Shown one piece after another: positions 12,435 to 26,989 of a stretch of 64,000 nucleotides of DNA. A program made the translations under genes and the position numbers. The notes under the pieces were generated by a model, which was given only the letters and a program-made list of their open reading frames with translations, did not search any database and was not told the DNA's origin. Location of the stretch: assembly GCA_964016885.1 (NCBI GenBank), contig OZ024741.1:300452001-300516000 (forward strand), in the 5' to 3' direction. The DNA is from Eledone cirrhosa. Its lineage: Eukaryota. Positions within the stretch are counted from its first letter, which is position 1; each line of letters begins with the position of its first letter.

Positions 12435-15200
12435 ACGAAAAGAGGGAATGGTTTTTAGTAGAGTTATGATTTTACTTTTATCTTGTGATGTGTGCGGTTG
12501 CAAGTATTTGCATACGGGTGTCTGTAAATTGGTTATTCCCATCTATAGATCAATAGCTATTGTCAAATGGGGGACAACTACATATTCAATTGCGTTTTAT
12601 ATTTTTAATGAATTATTTTTATTTGTGTATTCTCTAACGTTAAGTGAAAGAATTTGAGTATTTTTAGAGTGGGAACATTTTGGAGTTGGCAATGTCTAAT
12701 ACTGAATATGCTGCAATGTGACTTCTGAAAAGAATTTGTCGCGAGTTTTTATCGCGGCTTTGTTAACAGTGTATGGTCATTCTTTTGAGGAAGTGATATT
12801 TCCTTCAGTCCTACATACCTTTACTGACATTCGGCGCAGTGTTTTCCAAGCTAGAGGGGAAACTCTTTTCTTTTAATCTAAACGTTTGTCTACCCTTAAA
12901 TTTGAATTCTAGTCCTTCAATTAATTATAAGTAGATACCACAATTTGCTCTCCTATATTTTATAACAGTGGGATCGTAGATTTGTTTGTGTGTTTTTGTC
13001 CCAGTAAGGGTATATTTTAGTGTGTTGGGTTGTATTTTTAATTTTGATGATTTTGTGTTTCTAGAATTCTTTTCATCTTTTCATCTTCATATAGAATAGA
13101 AAGATGTTTGTGGAGATTGTCAAAGATTTTGATATGTTCGGGCTTGAAGGTTGACATATATGGTAAAACATTTCCACTGTCTATGTTTGTTTTGTTGTCT
13201 GTAGTTCTTGAATATCTATATGTTTATTCCTTTCTATTCCGTTGGTTATTATGCCCAGTAGGAATGCTCTTTGAGTGAGTATATTTTTGAGTTAATCCAG
13301 TCTTTGCTCACGTCTGATCGAATCCGATACTATTGTGCAAATGCTTTTTGCTAGGTTAAACGGAATGATCAGTTTCATGGGTTTTGGGGTGATTTGATGT
13401 AACAATAGTTCGTATGTTTATAAAAACATGTCTGCTTCAGCTCATCACTCTGTTTTTGAAATCGTGATATATAAAAAATATAATTCCTCGGTATTAAAAT
13501 CAACTGTGAATTGGATGCTGCTGTTAAAAGTATATATCGCATTTTTTTATTCTATGTCTCAGATTTTCCTGGCACAAAATAAAACTATCGTCCAGTTGGT
13601 TTTTAGTTGTGTCTAGAAATGTCTCCAAACCATATAGAGATTGGCTGTAAATAGTTTGTTCAGGGAATCACATGACTAAATTGGAGTTTGTAGGGGTTAC
13701 TTTCGTACCCATTGCGGTTCCTGATATTTGTCAGAACGCAGATGCATTGAACCAAAGAATAATTTTACCCGTTGATTTTCATGAGATTTGTAGCTACGCA
13801 GAGCCTTTGAACAAAGAAAATGAATGTGTGTCCATCAAGGAAGACATTTTTATAATGTGTGTCAATAATTCTAGTTGATGTGTGTCCATGAAGTTACTTA
13901 GTCTGTGTGTTTCACATTTAGTGCTTGCTATAATTGGCCTAAGCTTTAAATCATTTGGAGATGTCAACTGGATATATTTGGTTGACGACTTTTTATAAGC
14001 ATCATTTATCAGTTGGAATTTGTGCATTTTCGGCAGGCTATAACAATGATAGTTTTTCATTTGGAATGACTTATGTAGGCGTATTCGTCGTGGTGAAGAT
14101 TTACGGTACTTATTTAGTTAGGTTAAAAGATGTTCCGTTATGTTTTATAGTTTGTAACTTGGTAATCTTTCATAGATCTTCTAACATTCTAAATGCGACC
14201 TTTATTAGCGTCTTAAATAGTGATTTCTGTGTTTTCTTATAAATCAATTAGGTTCTTCCATTTACGTTTTCAGAAATGTGATTTTGTTTATCTATTTCTA
14301 TTTGTTCAAAGGGGGAATTCGTAATGCGCTCGCAATAGGGGTCTAGTGCTTTTATCCTTCCTTTCATTGGACCGAAATCACTTTCATTTATTACCAGTGA
14401 GTAGTATTCATTGCCATTATTTTCGGAGAAAAATGCAGTTAGTCTACATTCTCGATAGAATTCTGTGATGTCGTTTTTCATTTCGGCGAAATTTGATTTT
14501 TGTGTATTTGGTGTAAATTGCAGTCACTTACTTGATATATCTATTTGGGTGTTTCTCAATGACTTCTTTGAAAGATTGATTACCTTCAGTTTCTCATGTG
14601 TGGGGGTCATCGTGTGTCCTGATATTTTTGCTTTCTGCTAAAACAAAGATTTACTTTTTTTAAATCAGGTTGTTGTTTGTTATTTCCTGTTTTGTGTGGG
14701 TCTCTAGGATGATTTGGTATGGTCATTGATATAGTGCAAGTTGTGCCACCTATTATGGTCGTTTTTGTGGGGGAGGGGGTTGCTGGAATTCCATGTGGAT
14801 AGGATGCATTTCTTCTGATATTCATAAGGTTTATGTTATAAGAGGGTCATTTGTTGTTTTGGAGATTCTTCTGTCAGCGTCTATCTTGTAGTGATTATGT
14901 ATGTTCTCTCTATTGTAGTTACCTGTGTATATTTTCGCTTGGGGGAATAATGTCTGTGGTTTGAGTGTGTTGGATTTGGCGAGGTTACTGTTTCTGCAAA
15001 GGCTCTTGATTTGTTAAGTTTATTCATGAATTGATTGTCTAGCTGCTGTATTTTCTCATATTACTCTTCATATTTAAGGAACCAATCTTCACTCTTTTCC
15101 CATCATTGCAGTTATACAAGTTCTGGTTTCTCGCAGTCATGTTTTCAGAGTTTTAGGAGGTTTTGTAACATTGGTCCTTCAGCTTGTTAGCACATTCCTC
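12300..15200 (-). mobile_element. Decayed Penelope-like retroelement
   Basis: FYRECRLTAFF (14248-14481), LPKMHK..KLRPIIAS (13794-14060) and QISGTAMGTKVTP (~13695-13732); degraded endonuclease region near 12650-12900. Confidence 0.85.
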
Positions 15201-15231
15201 TTCCACACACACACGCACACACTCACATCGA

Positions 15232-15269
<38 letters not shown>

Positions 15270-15424
15270 TTGGTGTTCTGAATTAGCAATGTATATATGA
15301 ATGTATATATAGTATATTTGACAATACACTGTATGCTTAATTAAAAGCATTTTGAAGACATTACGATATTGTTTTAAAGTAGTGACTATGTCACTAACTT
15401 ATTTTTTCAACAAACAAAGGGAGA

Positions 15425-15472
15425 TAAGCTGACAGATCTCTGTTTCATACTGTTGGTATTCATCAGAGCTTA
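15425..15472 (-). ncRNA. Canonical type I hammerhead ribozyme
   Basis: UAAGCU-CUGAUGA-AUAC-caaca-GUAU-GAAA-CAG-agau-CUG-UC-AGCUUA: all core nucleotides and three stems present; GUC site predicts cleavage between 15431 and 15430. Confidence 0.9.
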
Positions 15473-15907
15473 GCACTCCCCTTCGTCTGTTGGAAATTAT
15501 ATATCTTGGATCCTTATAGAATTCCAGTAATAATCAGGAACTGATTATACAGAGCGGTTGATTATATATATATATACATGCATATATATATATATATATA
15601 TATAGCAGCGATTCTTTGCTTAAACTTTAATCTGTTATTTTAATAAATATATATATATATATACCTAAGAGAGCATTGAAGTTTGCTTGAAGCATTGTGG
15701 AATAATAAAAAAAATTGTCGTTTTGGAAGCTTCAACAATGCAGATGGGTAAATCTCCGGGTAACAGAATCCAGTGGTGAGGAGAGAGATCTAAGAGGAAA
15801 TGTAGAATGAGATGTATAGTGTGTAGGAAAGAGCGTAACATAAAAATAATAACACGAGATAGAGTTACATTGGGAGAAATTTAATATATATTTATATACA
15901 TACATAT

Positions 15908-16189
15908 ATGGATCGATTATGTGAATTATATACAACATATATAAAATTAATATTCGACTTGTATATATATATATATATATTTATTTTTAAATATAGAAGA
16001 GCTTTTACAGGACTAGAACCGTTTCATTCGTGAGAAAACATTTATACTCTGCTATGTATTGAGTACCTTTCTTACTGTGGTTACCTCCGATTGAACCCGG
16101 AATAACTTATATATATATATATATATATATATATACAAGTCAAATATTAATTTCATATATGTTGTATATAATTCACATAATCGATCCAT
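15908..16189. repeat. Inverted repeat (~60-bp arms plus TA runs)
   Basis: atggatcgattatgtgaattatatacaac... versus ...gttgtatataattcacataatcgatccat. Confidence 0.85.
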
Positions 16190-17468
16190 TTACGGCGCTT
16201 AGGAAGCATGAATGACAAAGATAATCTCAGTGAAATGGAACTTCACTTCCTCAATAGACTTAACTACATCTTTCAAATAATTTAAGATTTTTGATCTGCA
16301 TGTTATGTATTCCCTCAAAAACACTTTAAATTAGCAAGATTTATGTTGGCATTTAAAAAATTAAATATAATTAAAAGCCTAGATTTCCATCATTTTTAAT
16401 AAATATCTCTCTTAGTTATTGTTAAATCTTCATTATTGTCGTTATTTCTCAAATAAAAAAAAACACGGAAAACAGTTACTTTATAAACATATTTTTCGCG
16501 GGACATCTCTCCATATTCCACATTTGACAAGTAAATGCTTTTACCACTGTACGATTTATATGCAAGAAAATTTATACTCTTTTTAGATGCTCAATTCTAA
16601 TATATTGAAAGGAAATTAACAGAAGACTGAATGCATTGCTTTTAAATTTGATATACATTAGAGCCTGGTTTATCGCCGCAGAATGCCAATATATTGAGTA
16701 ATCAATTATCAGTGTTATCAACACTCCTGCATATTGGCCTACAAATTGAAGTTTCTCTGAATTTTAAGATTAATCACTCACATGAATGATACCATGAATA
16801 CTCTGCCAAATTAGACTTAGCAATCTCATGTATCTTTTGTTAATACTTTAATTAAAATCGCTAGAAAATACATGATATTTACGTCTATCTATTATGTTCA
16901 GTGTAGGATAAAAGAAATAGGAATTCTTTGTAAATTTTACAAATCACATACAGCAATTTAACGATAAACCATAAAAAGTTATTTTGTCGTCATGATGTCT
17001 TTTATTCTGAGAATTGTTGTTTCGGCAAAATGTTTATCTCTAAGAGTATATATTAGGACGAGTGGAAACATTATTTCTAAAAGAAATTATCGTATAGAAA
17101 TTAAAATAATATATTATTTCTGTCTTCAAAGATGCAATAAATAATTTAATTGAGAATCATTTTAGAAAGTGGGAGCAGGTGTCAAGCAACATTGTGTATT
17201 GTTCTAATTACTTCATATTTCATTAAATAATGGAAGCTATATTAAATCAATGTTGTGACAAATATGTTAACAGTTCCTTTATATAAAGTCTCAAATCTAT
17301 ACTGTCTAGCGAAGTACATAGTAATTTATTACCCGAAAAGAGCACAATTTATCTGTGAATTAATATATTAGTTATTTATTAATTTCTTATTAAATTCCGT
17401 TCATATATCATTCATTTTAGTTGTCAGTAATATATACAAAAATAAATGAATTCCGCTTTGGAATTGCT

Positions 17469-17786
17469 TTATCGATATATTTTTTCAGATGAGCTCCTGG
17501 CAGTCAAGTATAAATCGATAATCGTAATTAGAACAAAAGGGTATATAGTTTCTTTGCAAGTGTCAAGACAGAATAAGCTTCGATTGCGTTTGCAATCCCT
17601 CATCATTGTGGCATATATGTTATGCAGCTGATTTAGTTTTGTAAAATTTACATATAATTTGATAAATGAAAAGTAAATATTTATGGCACAAAAGAGAGAA
17701 TATTGAAATATAAATGTTTGAATATTTCTAGACACTATTATGTGTATTTTAATTGAAATGTTAGCATCCATATTACGTATAGACAA
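17469..17786 (-). pseudogene. Decayed secretin/adhesion-class 7TM segment (TM3-TM5-like)
   Basis: ORF text YSLFCAINIYFSFIKLY resembles 'A.NMY..LVKVF'; FCLDTCKETIYPFVLITII resembles 'CWL...F.GP'. Confidence 0.35.
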
Positions 17787-17933
17787 CCTATTACATTTCG
17801 CCCCTTAAAGAAATCCGTTTATAATTATTAATTGTTATTCAACAGCTTGTTTAAAAATTGTTGGTTTTGTGTTAGTGTAACATTCACACAATACTTACAC
17901 AAAAATCCACACAAACATACAAGAAACAAAGAC

Positions 17934-18068
17934 ATATAGAAACGTACAATTCTATATAGGTAGTACAATTACAATTCATATAAATGAGATATTTTATCAG
18001 AGTGATAAAATATCTCATTTATATGAATTGTAATTGTACTACCTATATAGAATTGTACGTTTCTATAT
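17934..18068. repeat. Perfect palindrome, 66-bp arms and 3-nt loop
   Basis: 17934-17999 is the exact reverse complement of 18003-18068; loop gag. Confidence 0.95.
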
Positions 18069-18188
18069 TCAGCACTTAGGGGTTGTTATGAATAGAATAA
18101 AATGTGAAACTTTTATTTAAAATATTCCACATAAAAAAGAAATAGATATGTATCACAAATTACATTAGGTGACATATTTTGTTTTCTG

Positions 18189-18226
<38 letters not shown>

Positions 18227-18615
18227 GTATGAGGCCAATTTCTACCAATATATACTTTTTCTCCCTCATCTTTTTCTATATATTTATTTATTTTTTATTT
18301 GTTCATTTGACTTATAAATCCCCCCCCCTTATTTTCTACAATACTTTTAACACATACACACCCACCACCTTCATCCTTTACCCAGACCACTTTTTAACTA
18401 TATACCCTTATCAAGATCTCATCACAAACACTGACTCTCTACTACAACTTTTACACCCCTTTCATCCCTTACCTGTTCATAAAAAATGTTTTTATTAATT
18501 GATCTCAGTTTTACTCCCCCTTGTCCTTACTTACCCACTAGGTTTTTAAGTGTACTCACATAAGGTTGTATGTAGGCTCATATACAGACAGGCTTATGTG
18601 TTCATACATATATAC

Positions 18616-18662
<47 letters not shown>

Positions 18663-18702
18663 TGTGTGTGTGTGTGTTCATTATGCTTGCATTTCTTTTG
18701 TA

Positions 18703-18753
<51 letters not shown>

Positions 18754-19336
18754 AAATATATATGTGTGTGTATATATATATGTATGTGTATGTGTACGCG
18801 TATTTATAAGCATAGGGATATCTATTTTGTTTGGCTTTCAACAAAAATATCTAATTTTAACTGATTCGAAGCACTCGAATGGAGTAAAATATCATTTCGT
18901 TCATTTTTTAATTTGTTGGTACTCCCCACCTCTCTTTTTATACTCCCACCTGCGAACGTGTGTGTATTTATAGTTTGTCTGCCTATATCTTTATGCACAC
19001 ACACGCACGTGTGTATGGATTTACGTTTATGTTTATATGTATCCGTGTGTTGATTTTTTATTGCGTGCGTGTGTGCGCGCGCGTATGTGTACGTATGTAC
19101 GTGGGTTATGTACCTTTGAGATTCACCTATCTAATGTATTGTAGGTTTTTTTTGTATGTGTATGTATTGTAGGTTTATTTTGTATGTGTATGTTTTGTAT
19201 GTGTATGTATTGTAGGTTTTTTTTGTATGTGTATGTATGTGGATGTGTGTTTATATGTATGTATGTGTATATATATATGTGTGTATGTGTGTGTATAAAT
19301 GTATATATATATGCATATATATATATATATATGTAT

Positions 19337-19513
19337 AAACAAGCAAATTATAAACGTAAACATGTAAGTATGTTTTTGAAACGGTGGGCGAGTTTGAAAT
19401 TAGAAATTAGAAATTATAAGCTTTCACCGTATTTTAGACTAAAGAAATTTCTAGCCTGATAGTGGGGTTTATAACCCTCGCAGAAATCGAAAAAGATGAG
19501 TGTTGCAGTACAT
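19337..19513 (-). mobile_element. Fold-back family T, single-arm copy
   Basis: Near-identical to 33163-33344; ends gatgagtgttgcagtacat, then (TA)n. Confidence 0.85.
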
Positions 19514-19799
19514 ATATATATACATATGTGTGTGTGTTTGTATGTGTGTATAGGTATATATACATGTATATGTATATATATGCATACCGTGTGTATTTGT
19601 TTATTTTTAAGTTGTTTTTATTTATTTACCAAATCCACCCCACCACACACACTCACACCCTTCGTTGTCAACACGACTCCTTTTTTACTTTATTTTGATT
19701 TTGATTTTGATATTATATATATATATGTATATATATATAAATATGTATATATATATAAATATGTATATATATATAGAAAGATTTGAATGGATACAGTTT

Positions 19800-20457
19800 A
19801 GTTGAAAGGAATTTATTGACACGTGTTTCTATAACAGTTACATAACCTGAAAACAGCTGCTATCTACAAAGTATTAGTTATGCAGACAATCAATATTTCA
19901 ATGTTATTATTTACTGTCATTTCATCAGAATAATATTACTGAGGACCTGTTTGGTTTTTATAGAGAATATTAGGAGAGAGGGGTGAAGTTGTTAGAAGAA
20001 TAGTTGAGGGAGTGGTTTTTTGATAGCAGTGAGAATTTTTGGTGGCAGTGAGTAATTAGATTCCCATCTGTTGTTTTGACATTTTTATAGAATATATTAT
20101 TGCTTATTTTTCTAAATCTATAGAGGGATTAGAGATAGTAAAGATATGCGTGGTTGGTTTTGTGTTTGCACTTAATTAACATTCAGACTTAAATTTTTTC
20201 TTTCCAGTGTACGTATCCTTTCACCCACGCATTCTCACACAAACATATTTGCACCCCTCTACAAAATACATATACTCACATTCACATAGAAACATGTTCA
20301 TACTTACATACATATACACATGCATACATATATATATACACACATGTATTCATGTACATACATACGCGTTCATGTGTGTACATTTTCATACTCAACTTAT
20401 CTTTATATACACACGTATAGACACACACATATATACATACATACTCTAGTCTATGTG

Positions 20458-20517
<60 letters not shown>

Positions 20518-21910
20518 CATTTTAATACATGAATACACTTACATCTAACTATACACATCAAACATATATATATATTTACTTATTTATATACATTTTCACA
20601 TACATACTTATGGTCGCTTTTAGACACATTCATTATCGCATTTTTGCACATATTCTCATCAGCATATCTTTCCATTATTAGTGTGGTAATTTGAGGTTAT
20701 TAATATACATATATATGTTGAGAAGAAATTGTTTTTATATTTTTCTAACTAGATTGAGGTTTATATAGTTGGGGGGGATGTCCCTCTTTTATGTAATATT
20801 CGGCTTGTAGTGTGAAAAAAGGGTTTTAGTTCGGGGACGGCAAAATAATGTTCGTTCAATTCTGTTATTCAGCAATTTCTTCTTGTGTGTGATTATGTAA
20901 TAAATCTCAAGATTACAGAATTTGCAGAAATTTTGGCTCCTGGTAAAGCTTTGGGTTTTGGCTAATTTCTCCCATTTTAGGGTAAACGTTTGATCGCTAT
21001 CCCTGAGCGTCCAAGCTTTTTCTGCTAAAGTTGTTACATTTCTTTGGCTCTGGTGTTTTATTGAGTAAGAATGCCTATATAATCGAGATTTAAACGATGT
21101 TGCCGTTGATCCCACGTAATACCACTCGTTGCCTCCGGATTTAATGGTACACTTATAAATAATATTTTTTTCCAGGCAGTTATTGCCGAGGGGGCAGTTG
21201 TCAGGATAGGTGCAGTTTCAGTTGTGTACGTTGGGTTTTCTCTGGAGTAGTATTGCGGACGAACTTAGGTGTGGTTTATTTATGTTCTGTAGTGTATTGT
21301 CTACTGTTTTTTTTGTGTTCTTTGTACTTAAGTTTTTAGTGTTTTCGTTTAACCTTCTAGTATTGATCTTTTGTATGTGTTGTTCAAGGTTTAACGCTGT
21401 AGAGTATGACAGTCTTATAGTGGTAGGGTTTAGGATTTTGTGGTATTTGTGTGATGTAGGAAAATGTCTCTTAATTATTTTAAAGAAGAGTACTGGTAAA
21501 TTTGTACTAATGGAACTATTGTATTCGGGGTTATACCATAAGTACTCTTTGCATCGCTTTCTATTAGTTTTGTTTGTTGGTTTACTGGTGTGCATACTAT
21601 GGTAGTAAGTGTGGTTTGGTGTTGTGTTATTATATCTACCTATGTGGGATTTATTTTGGGTGTTTTGATTGTTCCCATCTATATACTCTATTTTGTTGAG
21701 GTGGCCTGCTTTACTAAGGGCGTTATCGTAGTATTCGGCGTGTTCCTTAAATACTTGTATGTTAGAAGATAGACCCGAGATTCAGTTTAAATTTTAAGTA
21801 AAGTATCGCTTCCTGTTGTTCTTTGGTTGTAACGTTTTTCGAAATATTTACTTCTGCGTTCACAGATTGATTTTTTTTAGTTTCAGAAGATCCCGTTAAG
21901 GGTGAAAGCA
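19800..21910 (-). mobile_element. 5'-truncated Penelope-like element (GIY-YIG end plus 3' pLTR)
   Basis: YLWYNPEY..TNL..F.KII..HFP..HKYHKILN..TIRLSYS; NCPLGNNCLEKNIIYKC...YYVGSTATSFKSR; hammerhead downstream; degenerate opposite-strand core cAGAAGA-UCCC-guuaa-GGGU-GAAA at 21884-21907. Confidence 0.85.
19813..19933 (-). ncRNA. Type I hammerhead with a long stem II loop
   Basis: Stem I UUAUU/AAUAA; CUGAUGA; stem II AUGACAGU/ACUGUUAU closed by an A-A mismatch with a ~75-nt loop; GAAACACGUGUC palindromic stem III with GUC. Confidence 0.7.
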
Positions 21911-22697
21911 CCGATTCTTTGTTTAAACTTTAAGCTGTTTTTTTAATGAATATTTGCTGTAGGGTTCTTATATATTTGATATATATTTATCCTTATCGAG
22001 CCCTCTTTGGATTTTAGTCTTCACATTTATTATTATCACTATATATATATATATATATAATTTCTCAGCATGCTTGTTTGCTACCTAAGGTTTCAAGCCT
22101 AGCCTAGCATAAATCATAGAAACCGTCTATAGAGTGCACTCTCTTCTTAATCTATTCTACGGAAACGCTTGATACTACATATACGTATATATATATATAA
22201 GTATGTGTGTGTGTGTTGATGTTTGTTTGAAAGTAAATTGTCCTAGGCATTCTGAAGATACTGGGTATTAGACATATTAAGGTAAATGAGTATTCTTACA
22301 TTAAAAGAGGGAAAACATACTTGTATTATTTCTTTTCTGCAAAAATCAGTGTCAATTGCTTAAGGTACACTATCATATGTACGATTTTGTGCTTATTGAT
22401 TATTCATTATTTCCGTGGTTTAATCCTGGAGTTGAAATAATAAAAAAAAAATGAAAAACCAATTTCTTTATTTTCTGCTATTAAATTATATCCTCTCATC
22501 CTTTAAATTAATGTTCTATAGGTGGTATATCACCTTTGAACTCCGTGTTGACAGTTTCTATTTTCACATCTGGCTTAAGCAGGAAATAACGTTAGTATTA
22601 TTAAATCTTTCCTGAAGCAGAATGGTAAGAAAACAATGGTATTGAATTATATATATTTGAGGATTTTTCTACTACAAGAATTTTAGAACACCCTTAC

Positions 22698-23071
22698 CTG
22701 TATTTTCTTAACCTGATTAGTGCTTAGAAAAATATCAACATCAACAACAGCATCAATAACAACAATAATATCATTATGAAGGCTACTAATATCTAAACCT
22801 CATCCAACAGATATATTAACTATTGCCACCATTATTATTAGGGATAATAGTAAAACAAAACCCAAGTACAACAATGTGTACACATCATTCTGTTTAATGA
22901 ACAACTGTTTGCTTTTTTATCTTTTCTTGAAGATAATTGATGGACTTGTTTTCAAAAGGTTTGAATTTTGCTGGCAAAGATAGCACATTACTTGCAGATT
23001 AAAAAGAAAGACAAATAGATTGCAGGTTACTCAGATCTGACAACAATTTAATCTTGGTGAATTTCAATTTC
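22698..23071 (-). pseudogene. Exon-like decayed 7TM segment (TM5-TM7-like)
   Basis: Bounded by ttgtgttttaaacag and CAG|gtaag; one frame with stops gives hydrophobic PAIYLSFFLI, basic loop RKDKKSK, YTLLYLGFVLLLSLIIMVAIV and IIVVIDAVVDVDIFL. Confidence 0.35.
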
Positions 23072-23219
23072 CTGTTTAAAACACAAATAAATTGCTTTAT
23101 ATAACTCGTCTTTAAGAGATAATTCTCTCCAAACTTTTACTTGTACGTTAATGCTGTGGTATATGTTTGTACAAAACGTTCAAGTCGTAATTTTCATTAT
23201 ACGATATGATAATTAACTA

Positions 23220-23560
23220 GATATACCCTTCGGATCTCTTTGTTTCGTCAACTGATGATGACATCTTTTGTAACGCTGACAAAGCCAAAACCAATACGTC
23301 CACCTCTACAGTATCCGTGTTTTTTTTAATATATAATATCTCGAAGAGAAAACATAACTACCGAAATATATATATACATGGAGCTACGTCTCATTTTAAT
23401 ATAAATGGTTTCAGCGTTTCAAGATGCTCTCTTTCGTTAACTATTTACTGCGTCTAATAATCAGTAATGATGGTGTTAGCATTAGTTAATGTTATTGAAA
23501 TGTTATCGTTGCAAGGCTGTAATATTTGTATGATGAACAAATGCACAAAAGAATGGGGTA
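23220..23560 (+). pseudogene. Decayed GAIN/GPS-like segment
   Basis: DIPFGSL, VSVFFLIYNI (like VVFxxYNN), IYCV*, LSLQGC (like WSxxGC); TIKCYLDSL (like TxCxCxHL) follows just downstream. Confidence 0.35.
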
Positions 23561-24884
23561 ACTTTGGTACAATAAAATGTTATTTAGATAGTTTAAAACA
23601 GAATCATTTCTGGGAACTGAACCAACAAAAAGGAAACTTTAACCCTCAGCGGTTGTCTGATATTTCTTCTTGTGTATGAGACTGTTCCTGTCTCAAATTG
23701 TTGTCGTTCGCTTGACTGAGACCAGAGGTCAGTGATCAGATTTCAGGGCCCATCGCAAGATGTTGACATCTTGGGCCCCTTGTATAGTGCTGAAAATATA
23801 TTTCGTTGAAGGATAATTTTAAAGTATTGATAACACGCCAAAAATGTGTTATACACATTTGGTTCATAGCTTTATGTTACACTCTATTATGTCATTGCTT
23901 CTTATTCATATCTTCATATATATTATATATCTAATTGGTTAATGTTTGTTATAAATAACTTATTAAGAGTAGTTATTGATAATATTTTTCTCCGTAGCAG
24001 CTTGAAAGAACTGCTTGTGTAATTTTTCTCAATATTTGTTTGAAACATCTCCCTAGAGCCTAGGTTTATTGGTATGTGATTCTTACTAAATTGATAAAAT
24101 AAACAGTGGACCGCAAATACCAGGTTCAACTAGCAACTCTATAACAGATACTATTTCTAAATTTCGTTAACAAAACAAAAAAGAAAATATGTTAGATTTC
24201 TTTAAACTCAAAACGACTACACACCAAACATGAAAATAATAACGAGATTTTCGACAATGTCTAACAAATCAAACGTCCGTCAACCCTATAAAATACCCGC
24301 ATTTCTAAATTACTGACGTAATCATACCGAAGAAAGAAAAAGTTTAAATGAAGCCCAGTGGCTGAATCTGTATGTGAATTCTAAAAATATGTTTGCTACT
24401 CCAAAAATAATTTCCGAAACTTATTTTAACGTTTTACAAGCGATAATGTAAACTAATTCAATTCATTTAGAAATTATATCAAAGTGATTACCCAACAATT
24501 TTAGTTGAGGCAACCATAAATGAATATGTATTTCTTTGTCATGAAATTTAAATTGGTGATTTAAATTGCAGATGATTGAATATGATATCATCAAAATAGA
24601 TACAGTTTTTACTTCTTACACAAAACACGTTTTATTACATCTTTATATTTATTTTCGGTCAGCTTTTCACTTTTTAGGAATGAGTCATTTGCTTCACTTT
24701 CTATTTCGGTTCATTCAACCGCTTTGAAAACTTTAATTCCGTCTTTAAAATTCTTTCTTTTTATATTCGTATCCAACATAGATGTGGTTGTATCACGTAT
24801 TTCTATATATGCTCATGTATGTAGTTTACACACACACATACACAGACACATAGACACACACAGACACACATACACACACAGACG

Positions 24885-24941
<57 letters not shown>

Positions 24942-24979
24942 ATCTATGTATGAATGTATATATATATATATATATGTGT

Positions 24980-25032
<53 letters not shown>

Positions 25033-25363
25033 TTTCGGTACCACCTAAATGAATTAGTTTTCGTTTTAGATTTAAGTATATTGATTACATCTTTGTTAGA
25101 GGAACTTGTTGAATTTAGAATGCAACGCAGCGCAGTAATTTTGTCTCACAAGGCATCGTTTTTAATCTCTGCTCTATATAATGAAATAACTTGACTAGCC
25201 AACGTGTCACATAAATGCGAAAATTGATCTTTCATGTTAAAATTTAGAAAGATGTTCATGTGGTATGCCCACATAAATACACGCACTCATACACCCGCGC
25301 GTGCACACACACACAGATATACTCACACATACACACACACACACATATATATATATACATATA

Positions 25364-25732
<369 letters not shown>

Positions 25733-25885
25733 GGTGTTGGATGCTTAAAGCGTCCGTATGCGGTAGGCCGTATGAGCACTAAATGCCCTCGTAGAGCAGT
25801 GTATGATACCACAGAAAAAGGAGAATCAGTGTTGCGACGAAGGGAATTCACTGGACATACTACTACTACAAATGTTTCTCGGGCG

Positions 25886-26013
<128 letters not shown>

Positions 26014-26020
26014 AGAGAGC

Positions 26021-26093
<73 letters not shown>

Positions 26094-26179
26094 TGAGAGA
26101 GAGAGAAAGAGAGAGAAAGAAAGATTGAAGGGAGGAGAGAATAAGAAAGACAAAGGGGCAAAGAGATTGGGATAGTTGA

Positions 26180-26760
26180 AAAGTTACATATTTGTGTATA
26201 GTTGTCGTAACGAGCTTTTCGTTGTTGAATCGGTGTGTTTAAGAATGGATATGGGTTGTGGATGTTACTAATGCGGAATATGAAAGTAAATTCAATTTGT
26301 TGAAGTATGTAGCAGTAGAGAACTGTAGTCTCAGACAGGATGTCGTCTGCTGATTATGTGAGGTAAGCAGAGCAAACATCTCGTAGAGGGTTTTATCGAG
26401 TGTGGTTTGTATATGATGTAACGTAAGTGGGATATATTATAACACTGAATGAGTATTATGTACAATAAGCGTTTTATTCATAATTCTTATGATGATTCGT
26501 TATCGTATCAACTGTAGAGGCTGGTTGATATTCCTACTTGTAGAAAATGTGTGATTTAGGAGTTGCTAGAAGACAATTTGTTTAGGAGTTGTGCTATGGA
26601 ATAAATGTATTTGCGGAGGACATGAACTGTTTCCGGCAGCAATATTTCTCAGAATTGTATCTAAAGTAATAAATCCTGATTTGGTGTTGATGCCTTAATC
26701 ACTTCATTCAGTGTGGTGTCTTTTGTTTCACTCATAATAATTATTTTTTTTACGTATGCA
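26180..26760 (-). mobile_element. Possible decayed PLE endonuclease-side fragment
   Basis: Minus translation has YQPAS and TRCLLCLPHII, resembling the RCxxC linker; heavily degraded. Confidence 0.25.
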
Positions 26761-26989
26761 TCTTACGTAATTTAAAAAAAATATTTTTTTATATTTTAAT
26801 ATTACATACGGGTTTTATTTAAAAAATACAAGGATTTATAATTGATTGATACATAATATATTCTGTCACCGTCAACTTAATAACGTCTTCGTTAACTCAA
26901 TTACGTCTTCGTCAACATACTAAACATAAACATACACATACTGACCATAATTAAATCTGGAATGATACGCGATGCACCCCCGCCACCCC

